Shown here: one piece after another, positions 1 to 13,394 of the stretch
Layout of the letters: each line of letters starts with the position of its first letter
How positions within the stretch are numbered: the stretch's first letter is position 1
From: Patellaria atrata CBS 101060
Taxonomy: Eukaryota
Length of the DNA: 64,000 nt
Direction: 5' to 3'
Assembly (NCBI GenBank): GCA_010093705.1
Contig: MU006090.1
Coordinates: forward strand, 1,329,817 to 1,393,816
The notes under the pieces: model-generated
Told to the model about the DNA's origin: nothing
Databases searched by the model: none
What the model saw: the letters and a program-made list of their open reading frames with translations, nothing else
Made by a program: the position numbers and the translations under genes

Positions 1-2241
1 CTCCATAAACATCTTTTGGGAGACATAGACCTCAATAGCATCATTCTGTTCGCCGAGACCGAGCAGAATAGCTGCAGCCGGATGTATGTCCCCTTTTTCC
101 AGTAGTCTTTGCACAAATGCTTGGCCAACCTTCTTCTGAGAATCAGCACCCATGGAGCTGAGTGCTAGAAGCATCCAGTCTGATGAAGTCATGGATTCTG
201 ATCCAATCATAGAAGCCATTAGATCTGCACCCATATCTCCCAGCCATTTGGAAAGGAGAACACCGCTTGCGGAACCTGGAGTATGCCGGGACACTAGCTA
301 GAGATTAGTACTATCAACCTAACAGTTTACAGGTCTCTTAACTCACATTCATCACGAATGAGCGACTCAATGTCATCATCCCATCCAAAAACAACGCTGA
401 GCATCTGGCGGCGCAGATCATCAGGACTTCGCTGTTGACCGTAGGATGGAGTCTTGAAGACCACCTCGCTTAACCTAGCCTTTACGAAGGGAAACAAATC
501 CATTGCCTCCAGTTTCTTAGCTTCGTCAGGACTCCTGAGGATTTCCTTCCTCAATCCTGACGAGGCATACTTTGAAGATGTGGTAGATGATACAGACCTA
601 ATTGAAATACTCTCATGGCCACTCCGCAAGGAAACACCAGAAGAGAACATGGTCCCTTCGCTACCTGAGACGGTAGAAGAGGTTGAAGACATGGTAGGCT
701 TTTCCCAGCGATTGACTTCGCGCTGACGACTGCGTGAACCGTGTGATGATCGCGAACTCACAGAGGATGCTCGACTGGAAACAGGACTCAATGGAGCAAG
801 TCGGTCACGTCTTTCCTCCTCTAGAGCATCCATCTCCTGGGCTATCTTCTGAAGCGGTGACATAGCACCCTCGTCTTCACTACTCTGTTCAAGGTATAAT
901 GGTAGAGCAGGGGCAACAACTGGAGCGGCTTTACTTGACGCAGCGGTTGTCTGTTCTTTTCTTTCCTCTATCGAGTTAGGAGGAGACGGTGGGGCATTGG
1001 CAGGCACATGTTGTGCAGATGCAACCAACATTGGATTGCTGCTCGGGTTCACGTCATACTGTTGAACTGTATGATTCCTTCCGAGAGTAAATAGTGTCGC
1101 TGTTGGACCATAATTGTTGATAGCAATAACGCCATCAATGGTTGGTATCGTTTCGAAAGTGACCTTCTTAGTCCGCACATCCCAAGATAGGGTTTGCCTG
1201 TTGATTAGATTAGTAAACCGCCCATGATGCACGCTACTACGCTACAGCCCGAATACAGTTCACTTACCCCTCAGTGTATTGAATGATTCGACCATTCTTA
1301 GACCATCCGAACCAGCATGGTCCGGGTTCCCTATGTTCGGTTCTGTTCAATACTCGAATGATGCTGGGCGCATCTGTGTGAGGAGCTTTGGGGACACTCC
1401 AAACCCTAAGGTCACCGTCTAACGTTTGCGCCGCCAACATCTCAGATTTCTGTTTTGAGGATGTCCCATGCCATGCAAGAGCATTTATTGGCGAAGGTGC
1501 CCTTGTCGTAGTGAGAGTATTCAAAATAGTGAACGAAGGTTGTAAACCTGCAATCAAAATAGAGCCATTCTGATATCTGAATTCCAAGTTAGGATATAGT
1601 AACAGGGGGAAAGGCAGGACCTTACCCTATTGCAAAGGTTCGACAATCCGCTGAAGGTGCTAAAGCAGTGATAGGGTCGAAAATTGTTCTAGCAGATATA
1701 TGTTCTGAAGTCTGTGGTTCGAACAATATCACGTTACCCTGAGAGTTACCTGCAATATCATTAGCATCCCCACAACGCAAGAATTGTCGCAATTGAGAGG
1801 AATAAAATCAATGGGGCTCTTACCAAAAGCGACATTGCCGTTTTTCATCCATGCTGCAACTCTAATATGTTCATATGAAGCAAAACGGGCGATTTCGTCG
1901 CCGGTGAAAAGATCCCAAACAATTGCAGTGCTCCCTGTGTCATAACTGACAACCAATCTTCCTGAGCCGCGCTCACTAACATTATCCACATATATAAATG
2001 ATACATCCTCCCTATGCCCCTCAAATCGTCTGTCAATTGCTAATGTGTCATGGTGAAGACACATTATCATGTTCCTCTGCGCGTATAGGAAGAACGACGG
2101 CGTAGCAGCACATGGTTCGAGGCGAACCTCATCGTTTTGAGGTGTAATACTGGGTGCTGGTGGCGGTAAAAATGCTTTCTCCCGCTTAGAACTCGTTCGC
2201 GACGTCGACCGATGTCGTCTGGGGTAACCTCCGGTCGACAT
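1..2241 (-). CDS. WD40-repeat protein, multi-exon, runs off the left edge
   Basis: WD-like motifs (AIVWDLFTG, LRVWSV, LSWDVRT). GT-AG introns at about 1750-1823, 1577-1625, 1198-1267 and 298-346 join the ORF-track pieces. Confidence 0.85.
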
Positions 2242-5200
2242 TGTGAGGCTCTCTAGAGTGGCACTGACTCTGTTATTAGTCGGATCGTTGCAATTGGATT
2301 GCTCATCAAGATGACGGATGGAATTCGATCGAAGAGAAGCGCAGCGATGAGGACGACATGAAGATAGGAGATGTGCGGGAGTCGGGGAGTCTCAAAGTAT
2401 ACACTCACACTGGATGCGAGTACTGGGGTAGGGCGCACTCGGCCAGAACTCTAAGAGCTCTCTACTCGACCCTTACACAGTGTGTGGAGGTTGCTCGAGA
2501 AGCGGTACGGCTCTCAGGGCCCCACGCAGCGTGACTAGGATGGTCTGCTGTGTAAGGAGAGAACTGCATGCGCCCGTTCTGGGAGAGAGATGTGAGAAAG
2601 GTTGCAAATAGGTACAACAGAGTAAAACGTGCAGCTGGGAGAGAGGATACGGTGCAAGAAAAGGACGTAGAACCGCCAGAGAGGTCGTGTATAGTGCAAT
2701 CCAACAGTAGCCGAATCAGGGCTCGGCGCTTAGAGGCGGACAGAAGTACAGGATATACTTAGAGTAGAACTCACCAGGACTCGATTACAGAACAGCCACT
2801 GCAATTGCAGAAGAAGAAGAGACGCGTGAGAAATAGAAAGCAACTGCTCTGTATGTGAACTGCAAGCCCAGAGGTGAGGCGTTTAACCGCTAGGGTTGGA
2901 TAACGAGCGAGTGAAGCTTCACAGGGCTATATGGGATAGGATTAATAGAATAGCCAGTGAAGGCTGGGATGTCGACCAGAAGCCAGTACAAGTACCTTAT
3001 TACCTCGTACCTCATCCTCTTCAGTGATCACCCAAGCTCCAGACCATCCTGGAAGGCTTTAAAGACGATCGCACCTTTTTTCTCTCCTGCTCACTTTACT
3101 TTCACTTGCTCACAACCTCTTGATCGGTCTGATGAGATCAAGCGATTCAAGCGAAAATAACCCCAGGGACTCAAGGGACCCATTTGGAGGCCGCTAAACA
3201 GGGAGCGTGATGTGGACTCGACGAAAGTCGTTTTTGCTCTTTTGCTGCCATTTCGCATTTTGGAAAGCAACACAAATTGTGCGATTGGACTGGGTTTCAT
3301 GCGTGATGCTCTCAAGCACAGTGATGAAGATGCTGTGTGGTTGGAAGAGTGATGTGCTATCCAGGAACGAGTAAGGATGGACGGCATGTTGGGGGAGGCA
3401 AAAAGCCCAATCGGATGGGAGGAGGCACCTGAGATAGAGCAAGTTCCATGTCTTTTCCGTGCAAGTGGCTGCATCTCAATGCATCCATCACAGAAGTGTC
3501 CAAATATTCGGGCCAATTGTTATTGAAATCAAATGTCCGCCATCTTGGACGTTTTCGCAAGCATAAGCTAAGTTAATGGGGGGGAGCATTATTAGAACTA
3601 GCAACTCTGCAAGGTCCATGATTATTTCCCGCTTCGACATGCAAACTCTTCCCCCCAAAAGTCAGTAATACCAAAGAAACATGGGGAATATCCGTAATGC
3701 TCGACATTCGTCCAGAGAAGTCCAGCCTTAATCAGATCTCCATCGCCTGATGCAGTAGTGCTGGACCTCTCAAATCCACACAAAGAAGAATGTTGAAAAT
3801 TGATATAACTCTTCCGCCCAAAATACTTAAAGGGCAAAGGAACTCCCCCTATTTTTATTTTTTTTCTGATTGAATCCCAGGAATTCCTGCCCATCCTTTA
3901 GCCACTATGCAGACCCAAACATCATGCCGGAAGAGTATTAGAGCAATAGACGGTAGACCCCCAGGGGTCCGTATGCCATCATCTCTATGGCTGACCTCGC
4001 GGAATTGGCGCATCGTATTGCAGCTTTTTGGCTTTCTCAACGTTCGGGTCGAGAGTACGGTCACGTTGGTGGCACATAGATCGTGCCATGAAAGAAACAG
4101 CAGCATCAACTCGTGGTACAGACTACGGAGTACAGTAAGAGGAGTGAGAAGGAGGTGAAAGCATAACCGCGAGAACGTAATCTCTCAACGTTTCGAGATT
4201 GAGATACTGGTTCACCGCGTACCCACATCTTGACGTGTTCGAGGCAACGCGACCTCTTCTGCAGCCGTATCGACAGGCATTCCATGTTCCATGAGAAAGG
4301 ATGATAGATTGATGGGTCCTGAATTTCACTATTTCCCCGTCCATAGAGAGCCCGATTGCGGTGACGATGTTTATCGATAGGAATTTATGAGATAGCGGTG
4401 ATATGATAACATATGCCTTGCTGCCACAGGTGCCATCAGCCATCTCCACAAAGCATAGCCAAAAGACATAATAGTCATAGCTTCTCCATGGCATGACGGC
4501 TTTCAATTGCGACAATTGTTTCGGTACGGGAAGAACCTTACCGTGTGAGGTGACTTACATTCGGTCAAAGCGCCCCCCAGGTCGATCCTGGATGGGCCTA
4601 TGCTCTTCGAGTGTGCGCTCTGTTAAAGCATAAACTCTTTCAAGGTGCGTATCGACAATAATGAAAAGCCTTGATTCAGATGAGCCTCATCGTAGGGGGC
4701 CAAAGGACAATATATTCGCGGCTATGTGTAACGAAGACCATGTTCGAAAAACTCTCCATTGCAGGTAGGTAAATAAAGAACATTCTGACATTATCATTGT
4801 AGCTATAATTGTGATATTACTTTGAAGCCTGAGATGCTTAACAAGTTCCATTGTGACTTCGTTCTTCCTTCCTCATGCTAGCCCATGCTAAGCGCCCGCA
4901 CTAAACCCGCGGGCCTAATTCACCTCCCTCTTCGTATTCAAGCAGATAGAAAATTCTGCACAATTGCAAGAACAAGCAACTATGCACAATCCCGTGCGAA
5001 TAACTTCCTTCCAGAATAATGCCGACCCCCGCTATACACTAATGAAAAAAAAATTATCTTTCCCCAAGCTCGAGCCTATCCAACCCCAGGCGGAGCCTCG
5101 CGATAGGGCGGGACAAGTCTGGACTCAACCCCCATACGCTACACCCACCCCCATATCTTTTTTTAAGGCCAGTCGCCTCGTAGACAAAACCCCACCACTC

Positions 5201-5678
5201 CGAGCAAAAACTCTACTACGGAGCCAAGGGTTTTTATTCTCCAATAATAATCTCAGTCACAGGTGATGAATCTGAGCGGAATATGTGACAACTTGTTTGC
5301 CCCTCGGAATCACTGTGACGGATCGGCACTCCGTGGCACACAGAGGCGAATCGAGGCTCTTTCAACCACACGCATCGCAGACTAACAGGATGGCTGACAG
5401 TGGGATGGACCGGACGGTACGGGGCGTCGCGATGGATGTGATAGGCATAATCACCATCCCATCTTCTATCGGACAGATCGTGTCTCGGTTGAGTTTCGAG
5501 TCAGAGGCTCAGTGGCTCTCTTCTGTTCTTTGTTCTGCTGATGAGACGACTTGCAGTAGCTTTCAAGAAAGGTTTGTATCTCTGGACGTATTGGATTAGT
5601 ACGCGCTTCCTGAGAAAAAGGGGTCTTGTAGCTTACCTTCAGGTGTGAATATGGTGACTTCTCATTTCCAGGTTGCTC

Positions 5679-6104
5679 TCACTCAGGGGTCTCGGGGGAT
5701 TCAGAGATAGGAGGCATCGGCTTCGAGGGCCGTCGTTGCTTCCGGGAGCTCTTTCTCCTAGACTTCTTCGACTTCTCGGATGCGTACAGTGGAAGGAGGG
5801 GCATCGCCACAGGTTGTCGGGGTTGTCGTGGCATAGCTGGAGCCTCTTGAAGAACTGGGACGCTGTTGATATCCAGATCCGCGAGAAGGTCGTCCGTGAA
5901 TAGATCCGCGTCACTAATAAAGGCACTAGGTGCGGTACTTCTGAATGAGCCGAGCGAATTTCCCATCGGCCAGCTTGGGAATGCGCAGGAAGATCCTTTT
6001 GTTGAAGAACTCATGTTTAATGTGGAGTCTGATGGAGAGGCTGGAAATCCTATTGAAATAGGTGTCGAGGATGGCGAAGATGTCGGTGTGGTGTCGAAGT
6101 ACAT
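5679..6104 (-). CDS. Small Ser/Pro-rich fungal hypothetical protein with basic C-terminus
   Basis: ATG at 6104 (MYFDTTP...). Protein-like motifs SCAFPSWP, SAFISDADLF and MPPISESPE. Confidence 0.7.
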   Translation of the reverse strand: MYFDTTPTSSPSSTPISIGFPASPSDSTLNMSSSTKGSSCAFPSWPMGNSLGSFRSTAPSAFISDADLFTDDLLADLDINSVPVLQEAPAMPRQPRQPVAMPLLPLYASEKSKKSRRKSSRKQRRPSKPMPPISESPETPE

Positions 6105-8771
6105 ATTCACGTCGGTATGATTTTCTATGGCGGTGGTAGCCCGAAATTTATATTGATGCACCTCAGTATGATATAAGCTGAGTAATGTTGGGGCAACTCC
6201 AGGTAACCATCCAAGGAGAAGACCAGTAGTATAAATAAAAGACACGGAGTGATTTTATTTCATTTAAATGTGTGGAGGCGAGGGAGTTGTTGGGTGTTTT
6301 GTAGGGTCGACGCGTTTCAAAGGAGGATCAGATGTTAGACCCGCGTGGGAGGAAGTGACCGATATGATATATCAAGCGGACACCTCAGTGAAAAGAAAAA
6401 AAGTTGGTGTTGTTACCCACGCACGCCACGACACATGTGTTTCATCAAAAGCCGACAGCGAATGTCTTCGTTGGCCTGCTTTTAATCGAAGCGCGTTTGA
6501 ATTAACGGCGGTGAACACACCGCTATTGCGCCTCGGGCATAACTGGCAATTCGGCTTTCCGTTCCACGTCCCGGGAATCCAAGCTAATCACCGCTTTTTG
6601 GCTCTTTTTCCAAATTCCGACCAGTCATGCATCGCCGCGCTCACTCACCCGTCAGCCAAAAGAATCCACGACCACCCTCGATGCCAGATCTACCCCGGGA
6701 AAGACCCTCCGCCTTCAGGCAGCGCAAGTGCATGTTTACAGGCTAGCACTCCTCGATAGAGTAACCATTTGCGTCTTCTTCCGCCGGAAGAGAAATACAC
6801 TCAGCATAACATAAGACAAAGAGCCCGCGAAGGAGTAAGGACAGATTTTTTCTCTCCAAAATGTTTTGCAACCGTACGGACGGATAAGTTGCTTGAATGC
6901 TTGCCATGGAATCAGGATTTTGGACTGCACACAAAGTTAGACACGAGAATATACACGTCATTTGATATATCCAAGCCTGTTACTTTCGTGGGGATCCGGA
7001 ATATCGTGCTTTTCGAAAGACACGTTCCCAAGGTGACCCTTCAACACGTTGCGAGAAACGGAGATGACCCCCCATCCAAGTCGTCCAGTCCATACCTCCA
7101 GGTATCCCACCATTCCCGCCGTCCCACGAGTTAGGGTCATCCTTCTAGTCAACCCCACGTAGAAGGAGGAGAGTGGAATATCGTGGCTTGCAACCTGAAG
7201 ACTCCGCATTTCCGCAACTGTTGTCGTCTGATAAGTCGCGAGTGGACAACGTGTGTTATCGTTATGCGACTCTTTTTCGTAGCCAAGCTTTGCATCCCGC
7301 GACTGTTGCTTTTTAACTCCTTTTTGATTTCGTTATTTTTTCACTTTCTAAAAGGAGTAAGGTATACTGTAGTTAGAGCTGTCAACAAGCTGTCAAATCG
7401 ATCGTCATCTGCGGGCTATTTTCCCGCCGCTCCGCTTTGCCTGTACACTCCCGTACAGGCTACAACCTTAAAGCGTACGGCGGGCGATTCCCATCTACCA
7501 AGGTCTCACTTCGGAGAGCGATAATCTTCCATTCCGCAGGATAGTATGCCCGAAAGTCTACACAGACCACAGAGCCTTTCCACGATTTTGGAAGATCTCG
7601 GTAGAATGTGAGAAAACTGGGGTACAGTACATTGAGCCCGGGGGTGGGCGGGCAGACGGCTGCAGGGCTGCTTAACGTTGCTTGAGACCCTTATTCTCAT
7701 CATCTAGCGTCAGTTCTGTCTGATGGAGCTTTAAAGGTCTCGGACAATCTAGAGGAAGAAGTACCCTAAGGTACCCTGCATACTGTACTGTCCTGTACTG
7801 TACTGTAGTTGAATGACTCAAATCATCAAATGTCTTTTGACCTGTATGAGCCTCGGATCTTGTGATGGTTTTTGGGCGGCGAATTAGATAGATAGTAAAA
7901 GGCGGGCCCCGCCGTTTGCCTTAGGATATATTCAAGCACACCAGACCTTACGAGTCGCCTTATGTAGGATAGATTGTGACTGCCTGGAATTTTTGATGTT
8001 CGAGCTCTAAAGCTTGAGGAGGTCGATCAACACATGAGGCAGGTCGGTCTGCAAGAGGTGTCACATGTGAAGGTCGGAGGGTCTCCTTCCGCCCAGTGAT
8101 ATCCCACGTATTTGGTGTAACAGTATGATCAGTATCATTGTGAATTGTTTGCAAACCGCTCTTGCCCTACAACAGTATGCGGAGTTATGTTAATCGTCCA
8201 GGTCGTCCAGATTGTGAACGTTTCCACCTCTAACTCAGGTTCCTCCCCGGTGTCCGGCGGATTACGATAACTAATTCAAATAACACCCGATTCGTGTTTA
8301 GAATCAGTGGAATCTAAGATGAGTAAGTCAAGACTTAGAGTTGTAAGGATTTACCGTAGATCTTCCAGAGCCTGTATTATACCTATTATGATTCACAGTG
8401 CTTTCGTTGTGGATCATCGGCTTACTGCCGAAAAGGGCTGACCGACCAAGGAGACCGCTCTTCCGAATCCTCAAAGAAATGCCGTGCGAATTTTGCCCTT
8501 GTGGTACCATGGGTTTATAGTGAGCTAGGAACCCTACATAGAGGGTCTTCACGTGTATGTAACGTCCCGCAAGCTATTGTCAGCATGCAGGGCTACAAAC
8601 TAGAAATAGCGCAAACCAATATCAGTCGCTTCCAGATGTATTGCCGATAGATCAATCCCAGGGTCAATTACGACGGTGAAATTATAGTACCTTCGAGAAG
8701 TCGTAGAGGTGATATAGTTTGATTGTTGTATGCTAAGGATGAGGTTCGATCAGCTTCCGAGCCAGATTTAT

Positions 8772-10070
8772 TCACTTCCTTTCCCAATATCCATCCCAAT
8801 TGAATTTAAGAACCTCATTGCCCCAAGACCACCACCCCGCAACGAGGTTACGAGCGAATATTTCCAAACCATTGTCAACGCGGAGTTCGGGTACGACCAA
8901 TTTGAAAATTTCCTTCAGACACGGTTTCCTTGAATGAAGGTCGGGTACTCCAAAGATAGCTCGTTTCCTAATAGAATCAACGGGCTCTGGAACTGCCATA
9001 GAAGACTTTGGTGCTCGTGCCACGAGAAGCACTTCATAAGGTTTTCGCCAAAGACTATCGAGGTCACTTACTAGCTCCCCCTTGATGGTTGTTTTTACCC
9101 AGATCCACTCTTCAACAAGCTGTACATTGATCTTTTCAAAAAGGCCAAGTATCATTCGTCTAATTGCTCGTTTATTCGTGATCCAGACACCGATGAGTCC
9201 ATTAGGTTCAATGAAAGCGTCGAGGTCCATTCTTAAAAGTAATCTTTTGATATCGTTCAGATGTGAATATGTCTTGTATCGATTGCTACGCTTAGCCGAC
9301 GCATTCGGATATGGGGGATCAATAAGAATCAAGTCGAAACGGCGAGGAGTATCGTATTCCTGAGAGATATTTTTTACGGCATTTCGAAAGGTAATTGCAT
9401 CTAGACAATTACCGAGAACGAAACTAGATTGTGGAGGAAAGAAGAATCTATATTTTCTCTCTTGTGTCTTACGAAGAACGTCCCAAAAAACTGGACTGTT
9501 CGAGGGGTTGTGAAAGATAGGATCAAGAGAAAGTAAATCAAGCTCTTCCTCAGAGACTTGCTGCAAGCTAAACCCTTGCCGCTCATTATTGACTGTGTAG
9601 AAGTCCCTAGGTGAGTCTTGAAGGGACGAAAAGAAGTCATTGGGAAGGTCTACTATGAATTCAATTGTGCCATCTCGACCATGATCATTCTCACCTGTAG
9701 CTTCAGATTCCGCAATTGCTCTCTTGCTACGAGTCTGGGCGCGTGACGAGATGTGGTCTTTGACCCTTCGAGGTAGACACCAGTTTCCCCGAAAGTTCAG
9801 GTGTATCATTGCTAGGGATTTATCAATCAATGTTCGGTATTCCGCATGAAGCTCTGATTCGACCGTGTTCGCGTTCAGCTTCTCTGCTGCATGTTTCGTT
9901 TTAGGATCATGCGGTGCATAAGGTTGCTCCAATGGTTGCGATGAGAGTAGAGTTCCGATCTGATCAGAAGGCTCTCGGTATTGAGCAAGAGCAATTGATA
10001 TTGGTATATCGACCAGAATGATCCCCAGTTTAGGATCTTGATATAGAATTGAGGAAGTTGGACCGTCCAT
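8772..10070 (-). CDS. MT-A70 family N6-adenine methyltransferase, METTL4-like
   Basis: FDLILIDPPYPN motif IV, GVWITNK, EEWIWVKTT, RKPYEVLL, HSRKP and LEIFARNL..GWWSWGNEV. Intronless; likely ATG at 10070. Confidence 0.9.
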   Translation of the reverse strand: MDGPTSSILYQDPKLGIILVDIPISIALAQYREPSDQIGTLLSSQPLEQPYAPHDPKTKHAAEKLNANTVESELHAEYRTLIDKSLAMIHLNFRGNWCLPRRVKDHISSRAQTRSKRAIAESEATGENDHGRDGTIEFIVDLPNDFFSSLQDSPRDFYTVNNERQGFSLQQVSEEELDLLSLDPIFHNPSNSPVFWDVLRKTQERKYRFFFPPQSSFVLGNCLDAITFRNAVKNISQEYDTPRRFDLILIDPPYPNASAKRSNRYKTYSHLNDIKRLLLRMDLDAFIEPNGLIGVWITNKRAIRRMILGLFEKINVQLVEEWIWVKTTIKGELVSDLDSLWRKPYEVLLVARAPKSSMAVPEPVDSIRKRAIFGVPDLHSRKPCLKEIFKLVVPELRVDNGLEIFARNLVAGWWSWGNEVLKFNWDGYWERK

Positions 10071-11798
10071 TTCTGCCGAGGGATTTCTACCAGGAGATAT
10101 TGTTTTAGTTCTTATGCAGAGAAGGAATGTATAAACAAGCACTCTGATCACGCAAAGAGCTATGTTATGCATCAAGTGTAGTGCACCTTTACTCTAGTAG
10201 CTGATGCAAAGTAATATGACCTTATTGTTGACGGACCAGTTCACGTTAAGGTACTATGGGATCCTATTTCCACTAGCACCAAAATGGAAAGCTCATCCTA
10301 TCTGCGCACGGGCCGGTCGATCTTATCTGAGGTGGATATCAGCCGTGAGCTTTGACACGACGAACCTTCCATCACATCAACTTCTGTTCTGCCCCTGCGT
10401 CCTGCATTATTACTGCACTTTCAATTATCCAGGAGCCTGTTACTGTGCGTCATAGCTAACGACAGATGCTGTTAAGCCTGAATAACTATCAACAATATCC
10501 CTAATTCTAGTCCGAAGATATGTGGTAGCGTACGTCACATTTCCAATTTTCAAGGCCTCTCGTTCCTGATACCGACTTGACAGCTAAAAAGGCCTTGAGA
10601 TAGAGATTATGACGTATATTATCCATATACTATGGAATCTCTTCAACGTTGTTCTCGTAGCTGTTCTCTATGGTCAACAATGAAAGCCTTGCCCATCTTT
10701 TGTGGTCTCAATCTGTGTCTGAAGAGCCCTCAAGAGCAGATACCCCCTTGAACCAGATTGCCCAAGAAAGAGTTGAAAAGAGGATAAATTCTCATGTCGA
10801 GACAAAATATAGCAGATTTCCTTCATTGTCATGACTGCCATTCCCCGGTATCACGTGGGTATCCACACATTTGCTACGGGAAGGCCGGAATATCGATGGC
10901 TACCTATTATCTATACAGTTGGATTATTTCTACAATTGCGAGACGTTCGTACGTTCGCGTCTTTCTCATACAGTGTTGATGGAAACCCCTTTGAGACTAA
11001 GCGTACAGTGAAACGAAAAAAGATAGTGAAGCGTTCAACTGGTGAGAGCCCTTCCTGAGTTCTCATACTAGCAGTGAGACTTTCGATCCATCGTCAGTCT
11101 TAGGACAAACAGTGTACTATCACTACTTCGGTATGCATCGAAAATGGAAGGCTTATAGTTTCTGAAGCTGTCTTTGCTATGAAGGTTAAGATGATAAGGT
11201 AGCGTAAAGTAGATGGATGTAGGACATTTCCTTATTATTGTCGTGTAGCCTTTTCTTCACATTTCAGCTCAGTTCGAAACTAAAAAGTCTACAAAGCAAT
11301 AGTCATGATCTTGGAGTGTACATGTGGCATGCTGCATTATCATCGTTAATGTTGGTGAATGATTTCTCTTCAATGTAGTTTGTCATTGGCGTCATCCCCG
11401 TCCTATGTCACAACTTCAGTCAAATCTGTATTGTGTATTCACACTTCAAAGAAAGCCAAGAAATTTGGTCAGGACGCGTGATAGTTCTACGCAGGCAGTT
11501 ACCAACGCATCCCACATCGCCTTCCGCATCAAATCATTGTTTCCTCTCCTTAGTCATTCAACCTACCAAAGTCCTCAACATCAACCGGTTGTGCGGTCTA
11601 CTTGCTGCAAATAGACTAAATTCATCTATTACACGCAGCTTATCTAAATCATTGTCAATCTGCGTCTTCTAGAGACTCTATTTCTGTCTTCCTCGTGAGA
11701 AACGGCTTATTTGACAGATCAAGGCATGTGTTGATTCATAAGTGAGACGTCTGGGGTTTCTGACGTCCGTCTAGCTCAGTTCTGATCATCTAACCAAC

Positions 11799-13394
11799 AT
11801 GTCGGCTTCAATAAAAACAACAAAAAAAATCCCCCAGGGTCAAACTGCCGATGGAGCTATCAAAGCTCGTGACGGCTATAAAGCTCTGGACGCCGCTAGA
11901 AAAGCCCCGACCATTCCTCAAACCAAGAAAACCCCTCGGACATGTCCAAATGCCATTCTCAAAGCTGAAAATCTGGGGGAAAGCCATGAAAAGCGCCTGG
12001 AATATGGCGAACGTGTTGCCAGACCTGTGGGATCTCGAGGCGCTAAAACTGTCTTAGTGCCACCAGAGTATTTCAAGGAAGGAGGCACCATTACAGATGC
12101 TCGTGCTATCATCACGGAGCTGGATGGCTCTTTGGAGGAGCTCTGGGATGATCTTCGAAACAAGATAAATAATAGTACTGCACCAGAACCAAGGAAGCGT
12201 AAGAGGGAACGGAATGATGGTGATGATGAGGAGCGTAACCACACCACAACTGAGAAGAGGCAGTTGAGGAGCAATGATGTTATCAGCGATTCCATCAAAG
12301 CTGAAGCCAAACAGCCATTACAAGAAGCCACAAAGAACCCGAAAGAGCCTACACTGGCTAAGAATGAAATACTGAGGAAGAACACCAAGCAGCCCGCCCC
12401 GGCCCCACGAGATCCTTGCTCGTCTACTCTGTCAACCATCCCGGAAAGCGGAGTGGAATCTGGTACTGCAAAAAAGGATAGCTTGAACAAATCCAGCAAA
12501 ACCACTTCCTCTGCAAAGGCCGCCGCGACCAAAGGGTATGTGGCGCCAACAAAGCAGTCCTCAGCGAGAAGCAAGACTGTAAAACGTACAGAGAGTACCA
12601 CCACAATTAAGAAGGTCACCGTCACCAAAACCGTGATCGAGACGAAGACGCGTAAAGTTAGGAGGAAAGATGAGAAAAAGACTGCGACCCATCAAGCTAA
12701 ACTACCCGAATCTACTCCTACTGTCGCAACCGCGAAACGTACAGCGGGAAAAGCTCCAACAACCCGTACGGGCGCCGCCACTCGTTCCTTCGCTCCTCCT
12801 CCTTGGCCGAAATTCCTTCCCCCTCCTCCTCCTCCCTCCCTCTCCAGCTTCTCCTCCGTCCCATCTGTACTCTCTACCCCCTCTCTGTCCCCAGTCCCCG
12901 AAACTAACGCGGCTGCATCAGTACAGCCCATCGCCACCCCCGCCTCTGCCTCCCTCAAGCGTAAGTGGGATAGTACAGATGAAGAGGAGTCGGTCAGCAA
13001 GAGGATGAAGCCAGAGCGTTCCGCGAAGGGTACCAAAGGTGTGGCGATTCAAAATGGAGCCGCTGTAACGAAGGGTATTGCGCAAGTGACAGTGAAGAAG
13101 GAAGCAGCTGATGGGGAAGAAGAAACCCCTCCTCTCGGCGCCAGCTCCTCAAAGCGTGCGCGAGATGACACAGACGAAGAAGAGATCGTGAGCAAGAAGT
13201 CCAAATTAGAGTCTACGGCTGAGAGTACTAAAGATGTGATGGTACAGAGGGGAGTTGCCAGTGCGAAAGGCGTTGCCGTTGCGAAGGGCGTTGCACAGGT
13301 TAAGGGGAAGAAAGATACAACGGATGGGAAAGAGAAGCCTGCTAAGAAGAGGCCGACTAGGGCTGCAGTTGCAAGAGCTTTTTTCAAGTTCTAG
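11799..13394 (+). CDS. Lys/Thr/Ala-rich low-complexity protein with internal duplication, function unknown
   Basis: 531-aa ORF, ATG in AACATG context, basic NLS-like clusters, poly-Pro tract. Confidence 0.75.
   Translation: MSASIKTTKKIPQGQTADGAIKARDGYKALDAARKAPTIPQTKKTPRTCPNAILKAENLGESHEKRLEYGERVARPVGSRGAKTVLVPPEYFKEGGTITDARAIITELDGSLEELWDDLRNKINNSTAPEPRKRKRERNDGDDEERNHTTTEKRQLRSNDVISDSIKAEAKQPLQEATKNPKEPTLAKNEILRKNTKQPAPAPRDPCSSTLSTIPESGVESGTAKKDSLNKSSKTTSSAKAAATKGYVAPTKQSSARSKTVKRTESTTTIKKVTVTKTVIETKTRKVRRKDEKKTATHQAKLPESTPTVATAKRTAGKAPTTRTGAATRSFAPPPWPKFLPPPPPPSLSSFSSVPSVLSTPSLSPVPETNAAASVQPIATPASASLKRKWDSTDEEESVSKRMKPERSAKGTKGVAIQNGAAVTKGIAQVTVKKEAADGEEETPPLGASSSKRARDDTDEEEIVSKKSKLESTAESTKDVMVQRGVASAKGVAVAKGVAQVKGKKDTTDGKEKPAKKRPTRAAVARAFFKF

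Noticed and set aside
2242..5580. Coding potential of the short ORFs between the WD40 gene and the small gene
   Set aside because: Random-looking translations; only probable UTR intron signals seen (e.g. acceptor at ~2270).
7780..7808. TACTG/GTACTGTAC short repeats (also near 62100-62175)
   Set aside because: Low-complexity intergenic motif; no spacer array, terminal repeats or target-site duplication to support a CRISPR or mobile element.
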